Below, one piece after another: positions 9,637 through 19,243 of a stretch of 63,977 nt of DNA. The stretch covers positions 1 through 63,977 of the forward strand of contig DATNCB010000898.1 in assembly GCA_035571715.1 (NCBI GenBank). Reading direction: 5' to 3'. Below the pieces are notes generated by a model. The model did not search any database and had not been told where the DNA came from. It was given only the letters and a program-made list of their open reading frames with translations. The stretch is from Ramlibacter sp. (lineage in GTDB: Bacteria; Pseudomonadota; Gammaproteobacteria; Burkholderiales; Burkholderiaceae_C). Each line of letters starts with the position of its first letter. Positions within the stretch are counted from its first letter, which is position 1. The position numbers were made by a program, and so were the translations under genes.

Positions 9637-9839
9637 TTACGATCCCTCTGCTCTACGAAGACGCCGAAATCCGAGTATTGCCTGGGGATGAGCACAATCC
9701 CCCGTTGCCGATTCAACTCAGCGAGAATTGTACGCTTGAGCGGATGGGGGATGGATCGCGGCTGGTGAAGGTCACGCTTCCGCCGGGCAGGTCGTGGGCG
9801 CTGCTGCCGGCTGACTTGTTTTCGGGGAAGGTGCAGTGA
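9633..9839 (+). CDS. Hypothetical protein
   Basis: GTGA-coupled. Confidence 0.5.
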   Translation: MITIPLLYEDAEIRVLPGDEHNPPLPIQLSENCTLERMGDGSRLVKVTLPPGRSWALLPADLFSGKVQ

Positions 9840-10033
9840 TGGCGCGCGACGAAATGTCGCGGCTCCTTCAGCGTGCAACGCAGACTGCCGGCGGTGACCC
9901 GCCCGAAGCCGTGTGGTGGTTCTGCAAAGATGGCAGCGTGCGCCGGATGACGATGACCGAAGCCGATCCGCGCTGCGACGATTGCGACTGCGGATACGGC
10001 GACCTGATGGACGGCCCGATTGCCCCAACTTGA
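9836..10033 (+). CDS. Hypothetical protein
   Basis: Coupled ORF. Confidence 0.5.
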   Translation: MMARDEMSRLLQRATQTAGGDPPEAVWWFCKDGSVRRMTMTEADPRCDDCDCGYGDLMDGPIAPT

Positions 10034-10661
10034 CCCCTACGCCGAACTCGGGATTGCGCCCGGCGCCGACACCGCGGCCGTGCGCCGCGCGTACCGCGCC
10101 CGCGCCAAGGCGACGCACCCCGACCACGGTGGCGATCCGGTGGCGTTCCAGCGGACGAAGCGCGCGAGCATGGTGCTGCTCGACCCGGCGAGGCGCGCCC
10201 GGTTCGACCGCGACGGGGTGATCGACGATGAGGCCCCCGACAACGCGCTGGCCGATGCGCTGGTGGCGATCAGCCAGTTGCTCGACGCGGCGATGGTACA
10301 ATGCGCGCAGAGCGGCCGCGACCCGACCAGCATGGACCTGCTCGGTATGATGACCCGCACCGCAGTCGAGGCGAAATCCGGCATGTCCCAGCGCAAGCAC
10401 GAGGTCGCCGGCCACCTGGCGCAATCGGAAAAGCTGCGCGGGCGGTTCAAGGTCAAAAAGGGCAAGACCGGGGGCAACCGCATCGCGGCGCTGCTCGACC
10501 AGCGAATCGCCGCGCAACAGGCCAACATCGCCCTGATGGAGCGCGAGATCGCGAAACTCGATCGCGCCGTGGCGATGCTGGCGGATTATTCGTTTGACCG
10601 CGATCAGCCGCATCCGGCGCAGGGTGCGTTCGGGATGGTCAACATCTTCGCGGTATCGTGA
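10020..10661 (+). CDS. J-domain (DnaJ-like) protein
   Basis: DPYAELG...RRAYRARAKATHPDHGG (HPD motif)...LLDPARRARFD. Confidence 0.85.
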   Translation: MPQLDPYAELGIAPGADTAAVRRAYRARAKATHPDHGGDPVAFQRTKRASMVLLDPARRARFDRDGVIDDEAPDNALADALVAISQLLDAAMVQCAQSGRDPTSMDLLGMMTRTAVEAKSGMSQRKHEVAGHLAQSEKLRGRFKVKKGKTGGNRIAALLDQRIAAQQANIALMEREIAKLDRAVAMLADYSFDRDQPHPAQGAFGMVNIFAVS

Positions 10662-10888
10662 TGACGACCCCCTGCCTGCGGGGACACGACGCCGGCCGCG
10701 ATGCGAGCGGCCATTGCAAGGTGTGCCGGAACGAGTACAAGAAGGCGTACTATAAGCGATGGAAGGGCACGCGAAACGCGCAGCGTCGGCGCAATCGAGC
10801 GAGGGCGCGGCGGCGGGCGGAAATCACGGCAGCAAAGGCGATCTTGATGTCGGCCCACCGGCTGCGCGTTATCGGGGTTCGCCCATAA
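10658..10888 (+). CDS. Small Cys-containing basic protein
   Basis: CLRGH...CKVCR. Confidence 0.55.
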   Translation: MMTTPCLRGHDAGRDASGHCKVCRNEYKKAYYKRWKGTRNAQRRRNRARARRRAEITAAKAILMSAHRLRVIGVRP

Positions 10889-10900
10889 TGAACGAGTCCT

Positions 10901-12808
10901 ATGCCGCCACCTGACCGCCTCTCGACCCTCGCGCGCCGGCAGCCGTGGCTGTCGCTGTTCATCAAGTTCATCGACAAGCTGCGCATCGACTCGAAGGAGG
11001 TCCAGGCCGAGGACGACCGCGGCAGCCCGCTCGATATGTGGCGCTCGCAGCGCATGTTTCTCGAACAGGTCGGCGACGGGTTCCTCAAGAACCAGCGCAT
11101 GATTTACGTACTTAAGTCTCGCCAATTGGGCATTTCTACAATCACCACCGCGCTCTTGCTGTTCTGGGTCGCGGTGCATCCGCGCACGATCGCCGCGCTG
11201 GTGTGTAACGACGAGGAAGTCCGCAACGCCTTCCGGGACACGCTCGACCGCTACATGAAGTCGTTTCCGCCCAATTTCTTCGGATCGAGCTTCGTCAAGC
11301 AACGCCACAACGAGCGGCATTTCCTGTTCAGCAACGGCTCGCGCATCGACTACCTCGTCGCCGGGAAGCGCAAGGAGAATTGGGGTGAGTCGCGCGGCTA
11401 TAGCGCGTGCCTGTGCACGGAGGTCGCCAGCTACGGCAGCGACAAGGGCATCAAGAGCTTCATGGAGGCTCTGGCGCAATCCAACGAAGATCGCTTGTTC
11501 TTGTTTGAAAGTACGGCAAAAGGTGTCGCGAACGCCTGGCACGACATGTGGGAATCGGCCGAGGACGAGTTGTCGATCAACCGCATCTTCCTCGGATGGT
11601 GGGCGTCGGAGATGAACTACCTCCCGCGCAATTCCCCGAACTATCGCCGGTTTGGGCTGACCCCGCCCAACGGCGAGGAACACCAGCTTTGCAACGAGGT
11701 CTTGGAGGAATACGGCCACGTCGTCACGATGGAGCAACTGGCGTGGTGGCGCTGGCGGCTGTCGCTGAGCGACCAGCAATCGCAGGAACAGAATCAGCCG
11801 TGGACCGCACGGCAGGCGTTCGTACTGTCGGGCTATTCGTTCTTTCAGACCCGCCTCTTGCAGAACCGCTACCGCGAGATCGTCGAGCAGGACATCAAGT
11901 TCAAAGCGTATCGCTTCGAGATGGGAAACAGCTTTTGGGCGATGCGGCTTGAGCGAATCACCGACCCGGCCTACCGCGACCAGATCGAGTTGAAGATTTG
12001 GGAAGACCCGATCATCGAGGCGCAGTACGTGATCGGTGCCGACCCGGCCGGCGGGCAGGGCGAGAAAACCAACAATTTTTGCATCAGCGTGTGGCGTTGT
12101 TTTGCCGACAAGATGGTTCAGGTTGCCGAGTACGCCGGCAACCGCTTCCAGTCCAACCAGTGCGCGTGGGTGCTGGCCGGGCTTGCCGGTGCCTACCGGA
12201 ATTGCATGGTGAACTTGGAGTTGTGGGGCGGCGGCGCCGTAGTGATGAACGAATTTGACGCGATCCGCGCGCAACTTCGCCAGGAGATGTACGCGACGCA
12301 GAACCGCGACAACGCCTGGGACGACGACTTTATGTCCACGGCGCGGTGGTTCCTCTATCGGCGCGTTGACAGCCTGGGCGCGGGATTCGTGTACAACTTC
12401 AAAACGTCAGCTTCCAACAAGGTTGCCTTGTTCGAGGGGTTCCGCAACGCCTATCAGACCGACACGCTGATTGTGAACAGCATGCCCATGCTGGAAGAAA
12501 TGAACGACATGGTTCAGGAAAAGCCCGACCTTGCTCCAGCCGCGCCGGGCAGCCTCAAGGATGATCGCCCGTTCGCCGCGGCGCTCGCGGTGTGGGCGTG
12601 GAACGAGTGGCTGCGGATGCCGCTGATCGCCGCTGGGGCGACCTACGACCGGGTGATGAACGAAGCGGCTGGCCGCAACACGGTCGCGGAGCGCATGATG
12701 GACCGGCTCGTTTACTCGTACTTTTCGCGTCGTGAGGCCGAGGATGACGACGACGAGCCGCCGGCGTGGGCCGGCGATCCGTGGCGGCAGGAACGGGGGT
12801 TGATGTAA
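10901..12808 (+). CDS. terL: Terminase large subunit
   Basis: KSRQLGIST Walker A, CLCTEV Walker B, ESTAKG, nuclease IGADPAGG and KDDRPFA. Confidence 0.92.
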   Translation: MPPPDRLSTLARRQPWLSLFIKFIDKLRIDSKEVQAEDDRGSPLDMWRSQRMFLEQVGDGFLKNQRMIYVLKSRQLGISTITTALLLFWVAVHPRTIAALVCNDEEVRNAFRDTLDRYMKSFPPNFFGSSFVKQRHNERHFLFSNGSRIDYLVAGKRKENWGESRGYSACLCTEVASYGSDKGIKSFMEALAQSNEDRLFLFESTAKGVANAWHDMWESAEDELSINRIFLGWWASEMNYLPRNSPNYRRFGLTPPNGEEHQLCNEVLEEYGHVVTMEQLAWWRWRLSLSDQQSQEQNQPWTARQAFVLSGYSFFQTRLLQNRYREIVEQDIKFKAYRFEMGNSFWAMRLERITDPAYRDQIELKIWEDPIIEAQYVIGADPAGGQGEKTNNFCISVWRCFADKMVQVAEYAGNRFQSNQCAWVLAGLAGAYRNCMVNLELWGGGAVVMNEFDAIRAQLRQEMYATQNRDNAWDDDFMSTARWFLYRRVDSLGAGFVYNFKTSASNKVALFEGFRNAYQTDTLIVNSMPMLEEMNDMVQEKPDLAPAAPGSLKDDRPFAAALAVWAWNEWLRMPLIAAGATYDRVMNEAAGRNTVAERMMDRLVYSYFSRREAEDDDDEPPAWAGDPWRQERGLM

Positions 12809-13663
12809 ATGGCCGAACCGGGCGCGCCGATCACCGTTGACGGCAAAGTCTACAGCAGCCCGCGCGCATGGCGGCTTGCTGTTGACGCGCAGGAACAAGC
12901 GGACCCATCGGGCGCACGCTTCGCGTCGTCGTCCCCTCTTGCCAAGGCCGTTGCGACGGTCGCACCGGACCCGCGCGCCCAAACCGTCGCGTTCTGGACG
13001 AGCAAGGGTGCCCCGCCTCACGTCGCGGAGGGCATTGCCGACCGGGTGCAAGCGGAGAGCGGGTTCAATCCGACCGTGCCCGGCGACAAGGGCACCAGCA
13101 TCGGCCTCTACCAGCACCACGCCGATCGCAAGGCCGCGCTCATGCAGCGCCCGAACTGGCAGAACCCGCTTGTTCAGCACCAGCACGCTTACAGCGAGGT
13201 CACGGGCGGCGATCCAATCGCGACGAAGCATTGGGCAGAAATCCTCGCGGCCCCCGACCGCGCGACGGCGGCGAAGCTGTGGGACAAGTATTTCGAGCGC
13301 TCGGCTGGCGGGGTGCAGGCGGGCCAGCAAAGTGCGGGCGGTGCAGGTCAAGCAGCAGGACGCAGGATGCCCGGCCGATTCGGCGGGATGGGACCGCTGG
13401 TGCCGGGTGGTGATGACGCACCCGCACCGGCGGTCGCCGCACCGAGCGGGTTGCGGCGCGCGCTGACGGCGGCCGAGGCCCCCGGTGTCCCGATACAGGT
13501 GGCACCGGCCGCCGCCGCGCCCGCGGTCGCCGCGCCGTCGCCGCCGCTGCAACTCGCCCCGATCGCGCCGATCCAGGCCCCCAACTTGCGACAGGGCTAT
13601 GCTGACGCGCTGTCGGCGATCCTCGCCGGCCGTCGCCGACCGTTCGGGAGCATGTTCGGGTGA
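12809..13663 (+). CDS. Phage tail-tip-type lysozyme with Ala/Pro-rich tail
   Basis: GIADRVQAESGFNP...GLYQH...R...AAKLWDKYFERS. Confidence 0.75.
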   Translation: MAEPGAPITVDGKVYSSPRAWRLAVDAQEQADPSGARFASSSPLAKAVATVAPDPRAQTVAFWTSKGAPPHVAEGIADRVQAESGFNPTVPGDKGTSIGLYQHHADRKAALMQRPNWQNPLVQHQHAYSEVTGGDPIATKHWAEILAAPDRATAAKLWDKYFERSAGGVQAGQQSAGGAGQAAGRRMPGRFGGMGPLVPGGDDAPAPAVAAPSGLRRALTAAEAPGVPIQVAPAAAAPAVAAPSPPLQLAPIAPIQAPNLRQGYADALSAILAGRRRPFGSMFG

Positions 13664-14118
13664 AGCGCAAACACGATCATGAGTCTTGGGCTGACCGGCA
13701 GCGTCGCCGGCCGTCTGCGGCTGAGCGTGCTCGGTATCAGCAATGGCTAGATGAGCGCGCCGCCAGTTTCGATGCCGCTGCCAAGGTGCTCAAAATTCAG
13801 CACATGATGGCGATGAACGTCGGCAAGGATAAGGTGCCCGCGCCGTCGCCACTCTGGAACGGCAAGCAGATTTGCGTGCTGATCGCCATTCCCATGCAGG
13901 AAGGCGTGGCCGCGGTATGGTCGCCGGAGCGGGGTTATGAGAGCGTCAAGATCAGCGAGCGGCCCGATGTTGCGCGCGCGTTCCCCGAGCCAGCGCCAAT
14001 TTGGGACGAGCTTGTCAATATCACGCGCCGCGCATTCTTACCGTCAGCGATGGTCCAAATCTACCGCACGCATCCGGTGTTGCAGGCGATTTTCAACGCC
14101 GCGCACCCTCCGGCATGA
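13660..14118 (+). CDS. Hypothetical protein
   Basis: GTGA-coupled. Confidence 0.6.
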   Translation: MKRKHDHESWADRQRRRPSAAERARYQQWLDERAASFDAAAKVLKIQHMMAMNVGKDKVPAPSPLWNGKQICVLIAIPMQEGVAAVWSPERGYESVKISERPDVARAFPEPAPIWDELVNITRRAFLPSAMVQIYRTHPVLQAIFNAAHPPA

Positions 14119-14696
14119 TCCGCCGCCTGATCCTCTACCGACCGATCACGCCTGACGAGGCGCGCGCCGCCGCGGCATGGTCCGAAAAACTCGGCGATGA
14201 GCGGCTGACCCTCGACTACCGTGTGTCGCCTGTCCCAATGCGAATACTGATGTTCGATGCGGTGCGGATACAAGGCAAGAAGCGCCGCGCATCGAGGCGC
14301 ATTCTCGACGACCCCGCCGCACCGGCCGAAGCCGCGCTGCGCGACGCGATGGCGTCCGGCGATGTCGTGTTCAATGTCTACACCGGCCGCGAGGATGACC
14401 GCTCGTCGGCGTGGAGTGGAACCGACGCGGTGTTCACTGTGGCGCTGCCCGAGGGGGAGGCGGTTGCTTATTTTTTGAGGTCTTCTCGTGGGATCGCGCC
14501 GGGAATTGCACGCTCATGTATGTGGCGCGCACATGCCGGCACCCTTGCTGTAAAAAGCGGGGTGCTGCCGGCTGTTTGCCAATCCGCGCGGTTTCTGTTC
14601 TTCAAGCGCCGCCCGGCGAACATTCGCTACCACGAGGAACGGGTGATTGCCTTCGCAATGGACCGTCTCGCCGAGGTTGCGGTAGGCCGTGTCTGA
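14115..14696 (+). CDS. Hypothetical protein
   Basis: ATGA-coupled. Confidence 0.55.
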   Translation: MIRRLILYRPITPDEARAAAAWSEKLGDERLTLDYRVSPVPMRILMFDAVRIQGKKRRASRRILDDPAAPAEAALRDAMASGDVVFNVYTGREDDRSSAWSGTDAVFTVALPEGEAVAYFLRSSRGIAPGIARSCMWRAHAGTLAVKSGVLPAVCQSARFLFFKRRPANIRYHEERVIAFAMDRLAEVAVGRV

Positions 14697-14877
14697 AACA
14701 GCCAAGTGCGTCCGGTGTGGGGAGGATAAAGTTCTCTTCCAGTTCAGCGTCGATGGCAGGGGTCATCGGGACAGAACCTGCCGGGCGTGCCGAAATTATC
14801 TGTGGAAAATCCGTTGGGCGACCCGCGACGCTTATTTCAAGCTGATCGACAGAGCACGGGGCCGAGTGCGGCCCTAG
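14689..14877 (+). CDS. Small Zn-finger-like protein
   Basis: CVRC...CRAC. Confidence 0.55.
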   Translation: MSETAKCVRCGEDKVLFQFSVDGRGHRDRTCRACRNYLWKIRWATRDAYFKLIDRARGRVRP

Positions 14878-16715
14878 TGGTGGCTGCGCGAACGCCCACC
14901 GCCGGCACCCATCGCCTTCGCCCGCAGTTCGGGCGGTAGCGAGGCGATCGCGGCGGCCTTCGCCGCCTCGCGGGTTTGCAGATCGGCGATCAGTTCTTCC
15001 TCGTTCGCCGGCGAAGTCTGCCGGATCAGTTCCTCCGGCCCGAGCGCGCCAGCCTTCAAGAGCAGGATTGCCAGTTCGCGGGCGTCGTGGCTGAACGCCG
15101 GCGATGCCGAGTGGCTGTCTACCGCGACGCGGAAACGGTCGCTGACCTGGTGCATGAGGAACGGCAGCGGGACCATGCCCGGCGCCGGGGCCTCGTAGAT
15201 CAGCGCGTCCAGTTCCTTGCCCTTGAACGGGCCAACGTCCTTTTCCTTGACCCAATAGGGAAGCATGTCGGCGCAGTGGGCGCGCAGCATGTCGAGCGCG
15301 AGCCCGCCGACTTCCTCGACTTGGCGCTCGATCCCCAGCGCCCGATCTTTGAACCGGGGGCTCGCCATTCGCACCAGCGTCTCGGCGTGGCCTTGCGCCC
15401 GCACCCCGGAATCTCCCTGGCCCTGCATGACCGGCGGGAACCCGGCCATCGTGTCGAACATCGCCTCGTGTTCGTGGAGGCTTTGCCACGCGCCCTCGGG
15501 CAGTTTGGGGGCGACTTCCTCATGCTTGAACTGCGGGCTCGAATCGACGAGGTATCCGCCCGGTCGCCGCAGGGCCGACCGCACCTTTGCCGCGGTCTGG
15601 CTGGTGCCGGTGAAGATGTGGCTCGGGTCGAGTTGGCGGCGCAGCAGAAAGTTGATGTCGTCCACCAGCTTGTTGATTTGCATCTGGATCGCGCCGACGT
15701 TCAGCATCTCCGACCAGCCCCAGAAATAGTCGGGAAGCGGGTTGGCGCAGATTTCGATGAACGGGTGGTGTCCCGAAAGCGGGTTGCGATCGTCGCCGGG
15801 TTCGCCGCGAGCGATGCGCTTGCCGCTCTTGTCGTAGTGTGCGCCGGCCGCGAAGGCGTTGCGGAACTGCCCGGTCGGCTCGATGAGGACGTTGCCGACA
15901 AGCTGGATTGTCGTCCAATCGTCGCGGGTGCGATCCCACACCCAAAGCTCGTCGAGGCGCACGAGGCTCGCCATCGTCTTCGAGTCGAGTTCGGGGATCG
16001 GGGCTTGCAGCCAGTTGACGATGCCGCGGCCCTGGCCGGAGCCGGGGGTGTTCTGCGCGCGGAACGGATAAAGCTGCCCGCCGATCATTACCTGCCGAGC
16101 GTTGTCGGCGGTGTCCGGCCGGTCGTCGTCGGTGCCGGCAAGGTTCTCGATGTCGTGCATGATCTTGGCGCGGTTCGGATGGTCCGCGACGTGATCGGCG
16201 AAGCGCGCCTCGGTCAACCACGTCGAATGCACGAACGCATCCTGCCGGTCGAGCCGGGTGATGTCGTCGCGCAGCACCCCCATCGTCTCGGGCTGAACCA
16301 TGTGGGCCTCGATCCCGCGACGAGACCATTCAAGCTGAATGAACGTCTTGCCCTTGACGAGCGACCACTCGACGGCATCCTCGACGGTCGTATCGGCGTT
16401 GCCGCCGCGCATGTATTCGAGCAGCGTCGTCGCAGCGGCGTGTCCCATTGCCCGGTCGCGCGGCCCGGCGGGACCATGCGGCGCGACGGTGAACCGCAGT
16501 TCCACCGGCGAATAGAGCATCGAGGCGAGCGTTTGGACGTAGGTATAGGTCTTGCGGTATGTCTGCGGCTGGCCGTCCTCGCTGCCGGTCAGGTAGAGGT
16601 TGCGAAAGGACGCGCCACGCTGACGGCGCTTTTGCAGCGACGATTGGCAGGCCGTCACCAGTTCTGATGCCCAATTTGCCAATCGGTCCGTCGATGTCGG
16701 GATGTTTAAGGGCAT
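14874..16715 (-). CDS. Portal protein
   Basis: 613 aa; WSLVKGKTFI, YFWGWSE, QGQGDSGVRAQGHA pattern resembling P22-like portals; no other portal candidate in the genome. Confidence 0.75.
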   Translation of the reverse strand: MPLNIPTSTDRLANWASELVTACQSSLQKRRQRGASFRNLYLTGSEDGQPQTYRKTYTYVQTLASMLYSPVELRFTVAPHGPAGPRDRAMGHAAATTLLEYMRGGNADTTVEDAVEWSLVKGKTFIQLEWSRRGIEAHMVQPETMGVLRDDITRLDRQDAFVHSTWLTEARFADHVADHPNRAKIMHDIENLAGTDDDRPDTADNARQVMIGGQLYPFRAQNTPGSGQGRGIVNWLQAPIPELDSKTMASLVRLDELWVWDRTRDDWTTIQLVGNVLIEPTGQFRNAFAAGAHYDKSGKRIARGEPGDDRNPLSGHHPFIEICANPLPDYFWGWSEMLNVGAIQMQINKLVDDINFLLRRQLDPSHIFTGTSQTAAKVRSALRRPGGYLVDSSPQFKHEEVAPKLPEGAWQSLHEHEAMFDTMAGFPPVMQGQGDSGVRAQGHAETLVRMASPRFKDRALGIERQVEEVGGLALDMLRAHCADMLPYWVKEKDVGPFKGKELDALIYEAPAPGMVPLPFLMHQVSDRFRVAVDSHSASPAFSHDARELAILLLKAGALGPEELIRQTSPANEEELIADLQTREAAKAAAIASLPPELRAKAMGAGGGRSRSHH

Positions 16716-17237
16716 CTATCCCTGCCGGTTGACGATGTGCACCGGCGGTCGCACGCGGTTCGCGTGGACAGCGCCGATCGAACGATTGGTCGAAGCCGGG
16801 TCGGACAGCCGCCCGCTCAGCGCTGCGGCGGCGTGGCCGGCAAGGTTGACGCCCATGCGCGGCCGGCGACCGCCTGCCCCGCCAAAATAATTGTCGGCCA
16901 TCGCTTGCTGACGCGGCGGCAGCTTCGGCGCGGCGGTCTCGCCCTCGCGAACGTCGCTGCTCAGATCGGTCATCCCGTAATCGTGCATGACCATCGCGGC
17001 GGTCTCGTCGATCGCCTTGTTGTGGATATTCTCGCCGCCGATCCCCGGCGCGCGGTTCGAGGATAGGTCCATGCCGCGCACCCGGTTCTCGTGGCCGCAC
17101 GTCTCGACCACCTTCCCGGCGGCGTCAAACCGGACGGGACGCGGACACGGCGGGTCGGGGGCCTCTGGGTCTTTGGTCGTGAATTTCCACACGTTTCCGC
17201 ACGTCAAGCACCGACAGGTGATCTTGAAGCGCGCCAT
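16716..17237 (-). CDS. Zn-ribbon (FmdB-like) protein upstream of portal
   Basis: CRCLTCG...PPCP. Confidence 0.6.
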   Translation of the reverse strand: MARFKITCRCLTCGNVWKFTTKDPEAPDPPCPRPVRFDAAGKVVETCGHENRVRGMDLSSNRAPGIGGENIHNKAIDETAAMVMHDYGMTDLSSDVREGETAAPKLPPRQQAMADNYFGGAGGRRPRMGVNLAGHAAAALSGRLSDPASTNRSIGAVHANRVRPPVHIVNRQG

Positions 17238-17713
17238 CAGGCGGCGGCCGACTCGTCTTCGGCCTCGGGAGCGCCCTCGGCGGCGGCATCCTCGCTGCCG
17301 GGCGGCTTCAGCCAATGCGTCGGCGCGTCGGCGACGAGCGGCGTGGTGCCATCGGACGGCGCCCAGCGCCCGCCCTGCATCCATCGGCGTCCGGTGAAAT
17401 AGCGGCCCTGCTTCCAGCGCACGACGCGGCCCTCGGCGTCGTCGTCGCCCCAGAACACCAGCACGTCGCGGCCGTCCTGCGGCGCGGTGTCGATGGGCTC
17501 GCGGGTCGGAGCGGGGAAATTAGTGTCTGTTAGGCCCGAGGCTAACTTTAGCCCATCGCCTAAATCTTCGTGAGTGTCGTCGTCGTCCTGAACGGCCGCT
17601 TGGAACGGTGGCGGCGGTCGCTCGGCCTGTCCGCGCCCGCGCCGCGTCTCCGCATCCTCGAACGGCGGCTGTACGCCGGGCGGCAGGCGCGCGGGATGCT
17701 CGGAAACCTTCAT
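17237..17713 (-). CDS. DUF551-like protein
   Basis: PIDTAPQDGRDVLV...PTHW. Confidence 0.6.
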   Translation of the reverse strand: MKVSEHPARLPPGVQPPFEDAETRRGRGQAERPPPPFQAAVQDDDDTHEDLGDGLKLASGLTDTNFPAPTREPIDTAPQDGRDVLVFWGDDDAEGRVVRWKQGRYFTGRRWMQGGRWAPSDGTTPLVADAPTHWLKPPGSEDAAAEGAPEAEDESAAA

Positions 17714-18066
17714 GCTGCGTCTCCCGACATGGCGCGAACTACGCCCCGGAACAGAAAGTCCTTGGCGCGCTGGTCGATTGGCAGATCGGTGTACGGCATG
17801 AAGCATGGGTGCGTTTTTGCCGCCTCATCCTTCTCCGGCCCCCACTTCCATCCGGCGGCGGCCTTTTCCTGAAGCCAGCTTTCGTGTGAGGCTGCCGGCG
17901 TGGCGCTCGGGTTCGCCAGATGGAAATCGACGCCTTTCAGCGCGGATGCGCGCTGCCAATCGGGCGCGTCTTCCCACGGCTTCTGGCTGTGATCGCCCAA
18001 AGCCTCGCAATAGGCCCGGTTGACCTCGTGCGCCATGCGCGCGATCTCGCTGGTCTCGTAGATCAT
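17710..18066 (-). CDS. RyR-domain protein
   Basis: AHEVNRAYC...HESWLQEK..GWKWG.EKD..KTHPCF.PY.DLP..QRAKD. Confidence 0.85.
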   Translation of the reverse strand: MIYETSEIARMAHEVNRAYCEALGDHSQKPWEDAPDWQRASALKGVDFHLANPSATPAASHESWLQEKAAAGWKWGPEKDEAAKTHPCFMPYTDLPIDQRAKDFLFRGVVRAMSGDAA

Positions 18067-18266
18067 GCTGCGTCCTCAAGGGAATAGGGCGGGAGATTGT
18101 GTCGGATCGCCTGCATGGCGACCAGCGTGCGCAGCGGTGGGGTTTCCTCGCCGTTGTCGAATGCCCGTATTCGTCGAATGCTGTAGCCAAGCCGATCCGC
18201 TGCGGCCATTTGCGTCAGGCCCATTCGCCTGCGCCACCGATGAAACAGCGTATCGCGGTTCTGCAT
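18063..18266 (-). CDS. XRE-type HTH protein
   Basis: WRRRMGLTQMAAADRLGYSIRRIRAFDNG. Confidence 0.75.
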   Translation of the reverse strand: MQNRDTLFHRWRRRMGLTQMAAADRLGYSIRRIRAFDNGEETPPLRTLVAMQAIRHNLPPYSLEDAA

Positions 18267-18436
18267 TTGAGAAAGGGGCGCTATCAGAAACGCCGAGGGC
18301 GAGCAAGAAAAATGCGCCCGCGCACAACCAAGCGGCAATAACAGCCGCGCGAAACAACCGTCAGTCTCCCGTATGCTTCGCGCGTTGCAAACCCGCGAAA
18401 TTGGTTCTCGGGTCGAAACGCAGCTTGGAGGTCGCT

Positions 18437-18493
18437 ATGATCGAAGTTACCGGAAAGCGCATGCGCAAGCACCGCAGGGGCCGGCGCAAGTAG
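18437..18493 (+). CDS. 18-aa basic peptide MIEVTGKRMRKHRRGRRK
   Basis: GGAGG 6 nt before ATG; head of the capsid operon. Confidence 0.55.
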   Translation: MIEVTGKRMRKHRRGRRK

Positions 18494-18562
18494 GCCCGAT
18501 GGTCTAAGCGTAGGCCGGGGCCTTCCTCCGAGGTTTGCCCCGGCCGCGCGACCACCAAGAAC

Positions 18563-19054
18563 ATGCCAGCAGACATCGCCTCATTATTGTCCCGATTGCC
18601 CGGTGGCGCGCCCCCAGGTGGCGCACCCCCCGGCGGAGCCGCGCCCGGTGGCGCACCGCCGATGCCCGGCGCACCCCCGATGGGCGCAGCCAGGCCCAAC
18701 GTCGGACCCGTTACCACGCCGCAGCCGAACGCCGGCAACGCGGCGGCCGGGATGAGCAAGGTCCGCAACGCGATCACGATGCTCGAAGAAGCGCTGCCGA
18801 TGATCCCGATGGGAACCCCGGCGCACACCGAAATTCTCGGCACCCTCTCGAAGCTGACCAAGACCTTCTCAGGCGGCAGCGGCGGCGGCGAAAAGGGTAT
18901 CGACCTGATGTCCCTTTTGCAGAGCGCCCGGCAGGCGTCGCAGTCCTCGCCGATGGCCGCGCTGTCGAAAATGATGGCACCGCAGGGCCAGCCGCCCGCG
19001 ATGCCGGGTGCTGCGCCGGGCGGCGAAGCGCCGCCGATGCCGATGGCCGCATAA
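18563..19054 (+). CDS. Pro/Gly-rich head-module protein
   Basis: GGAPP repeats; lies before scaffold and MCP. Confidence 0.65.
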   Translation: MPADIASLLSRLPGGAPPGGAPPGGAAPGGAPPMPGAPPMGAARPNVGPVTTPQPNAGNAAAGMSKVRNAITMLEEALPMIPMGTPAHTEILGTLSKLTKTFSGGSGGGEKGIDLMSLLQSARQASQSSPMAALSKMMAPQGQPPAMPGAAPGGEAPPMPMAA

Positions 19055-19066
19055 CAGGAGACCGAC

Positions 19067-19240
19067 ATGGCGAAGTTCCCTCGGGCGGGCCAGCATGACC
19101 CGAAAGCGTCGGACCCGATGATGAAGCGAGTCAACCTCGAACACGCCGAGATCGGCTCGCGCCCGTCCGGCATGCCGAAGACGATGGACGGGATGCCCTC
19201 GATCAGTCACGTCGGCGACAGCGGCAAGCAGGGATCGTAA
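19067..19240 (+). CDS. Small head-module protein (57 aa)
   Basis: AGGAG RBS; MAKFPRAG...GKQGS fills the gap. Confidence 0.65.
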   Translation: MAKFPRAGQHDPKASDPMMKRVNLEHAEIGSRPSGMPKTMDGMPSISHVGDSGKQGS

Positions 19241-19243
19241 CCG

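Noticed and set aside
8721-16667. Long antisense ORFs (8721..10613, 10604..12274, 14976..16667)
   Set aside because: Shadow frames of high-GC genes on the opposite strand; no motifs
14860-18430. Actively invertible segment
   Set aside because: No flanking inverted repeats or recombinase seen by eye
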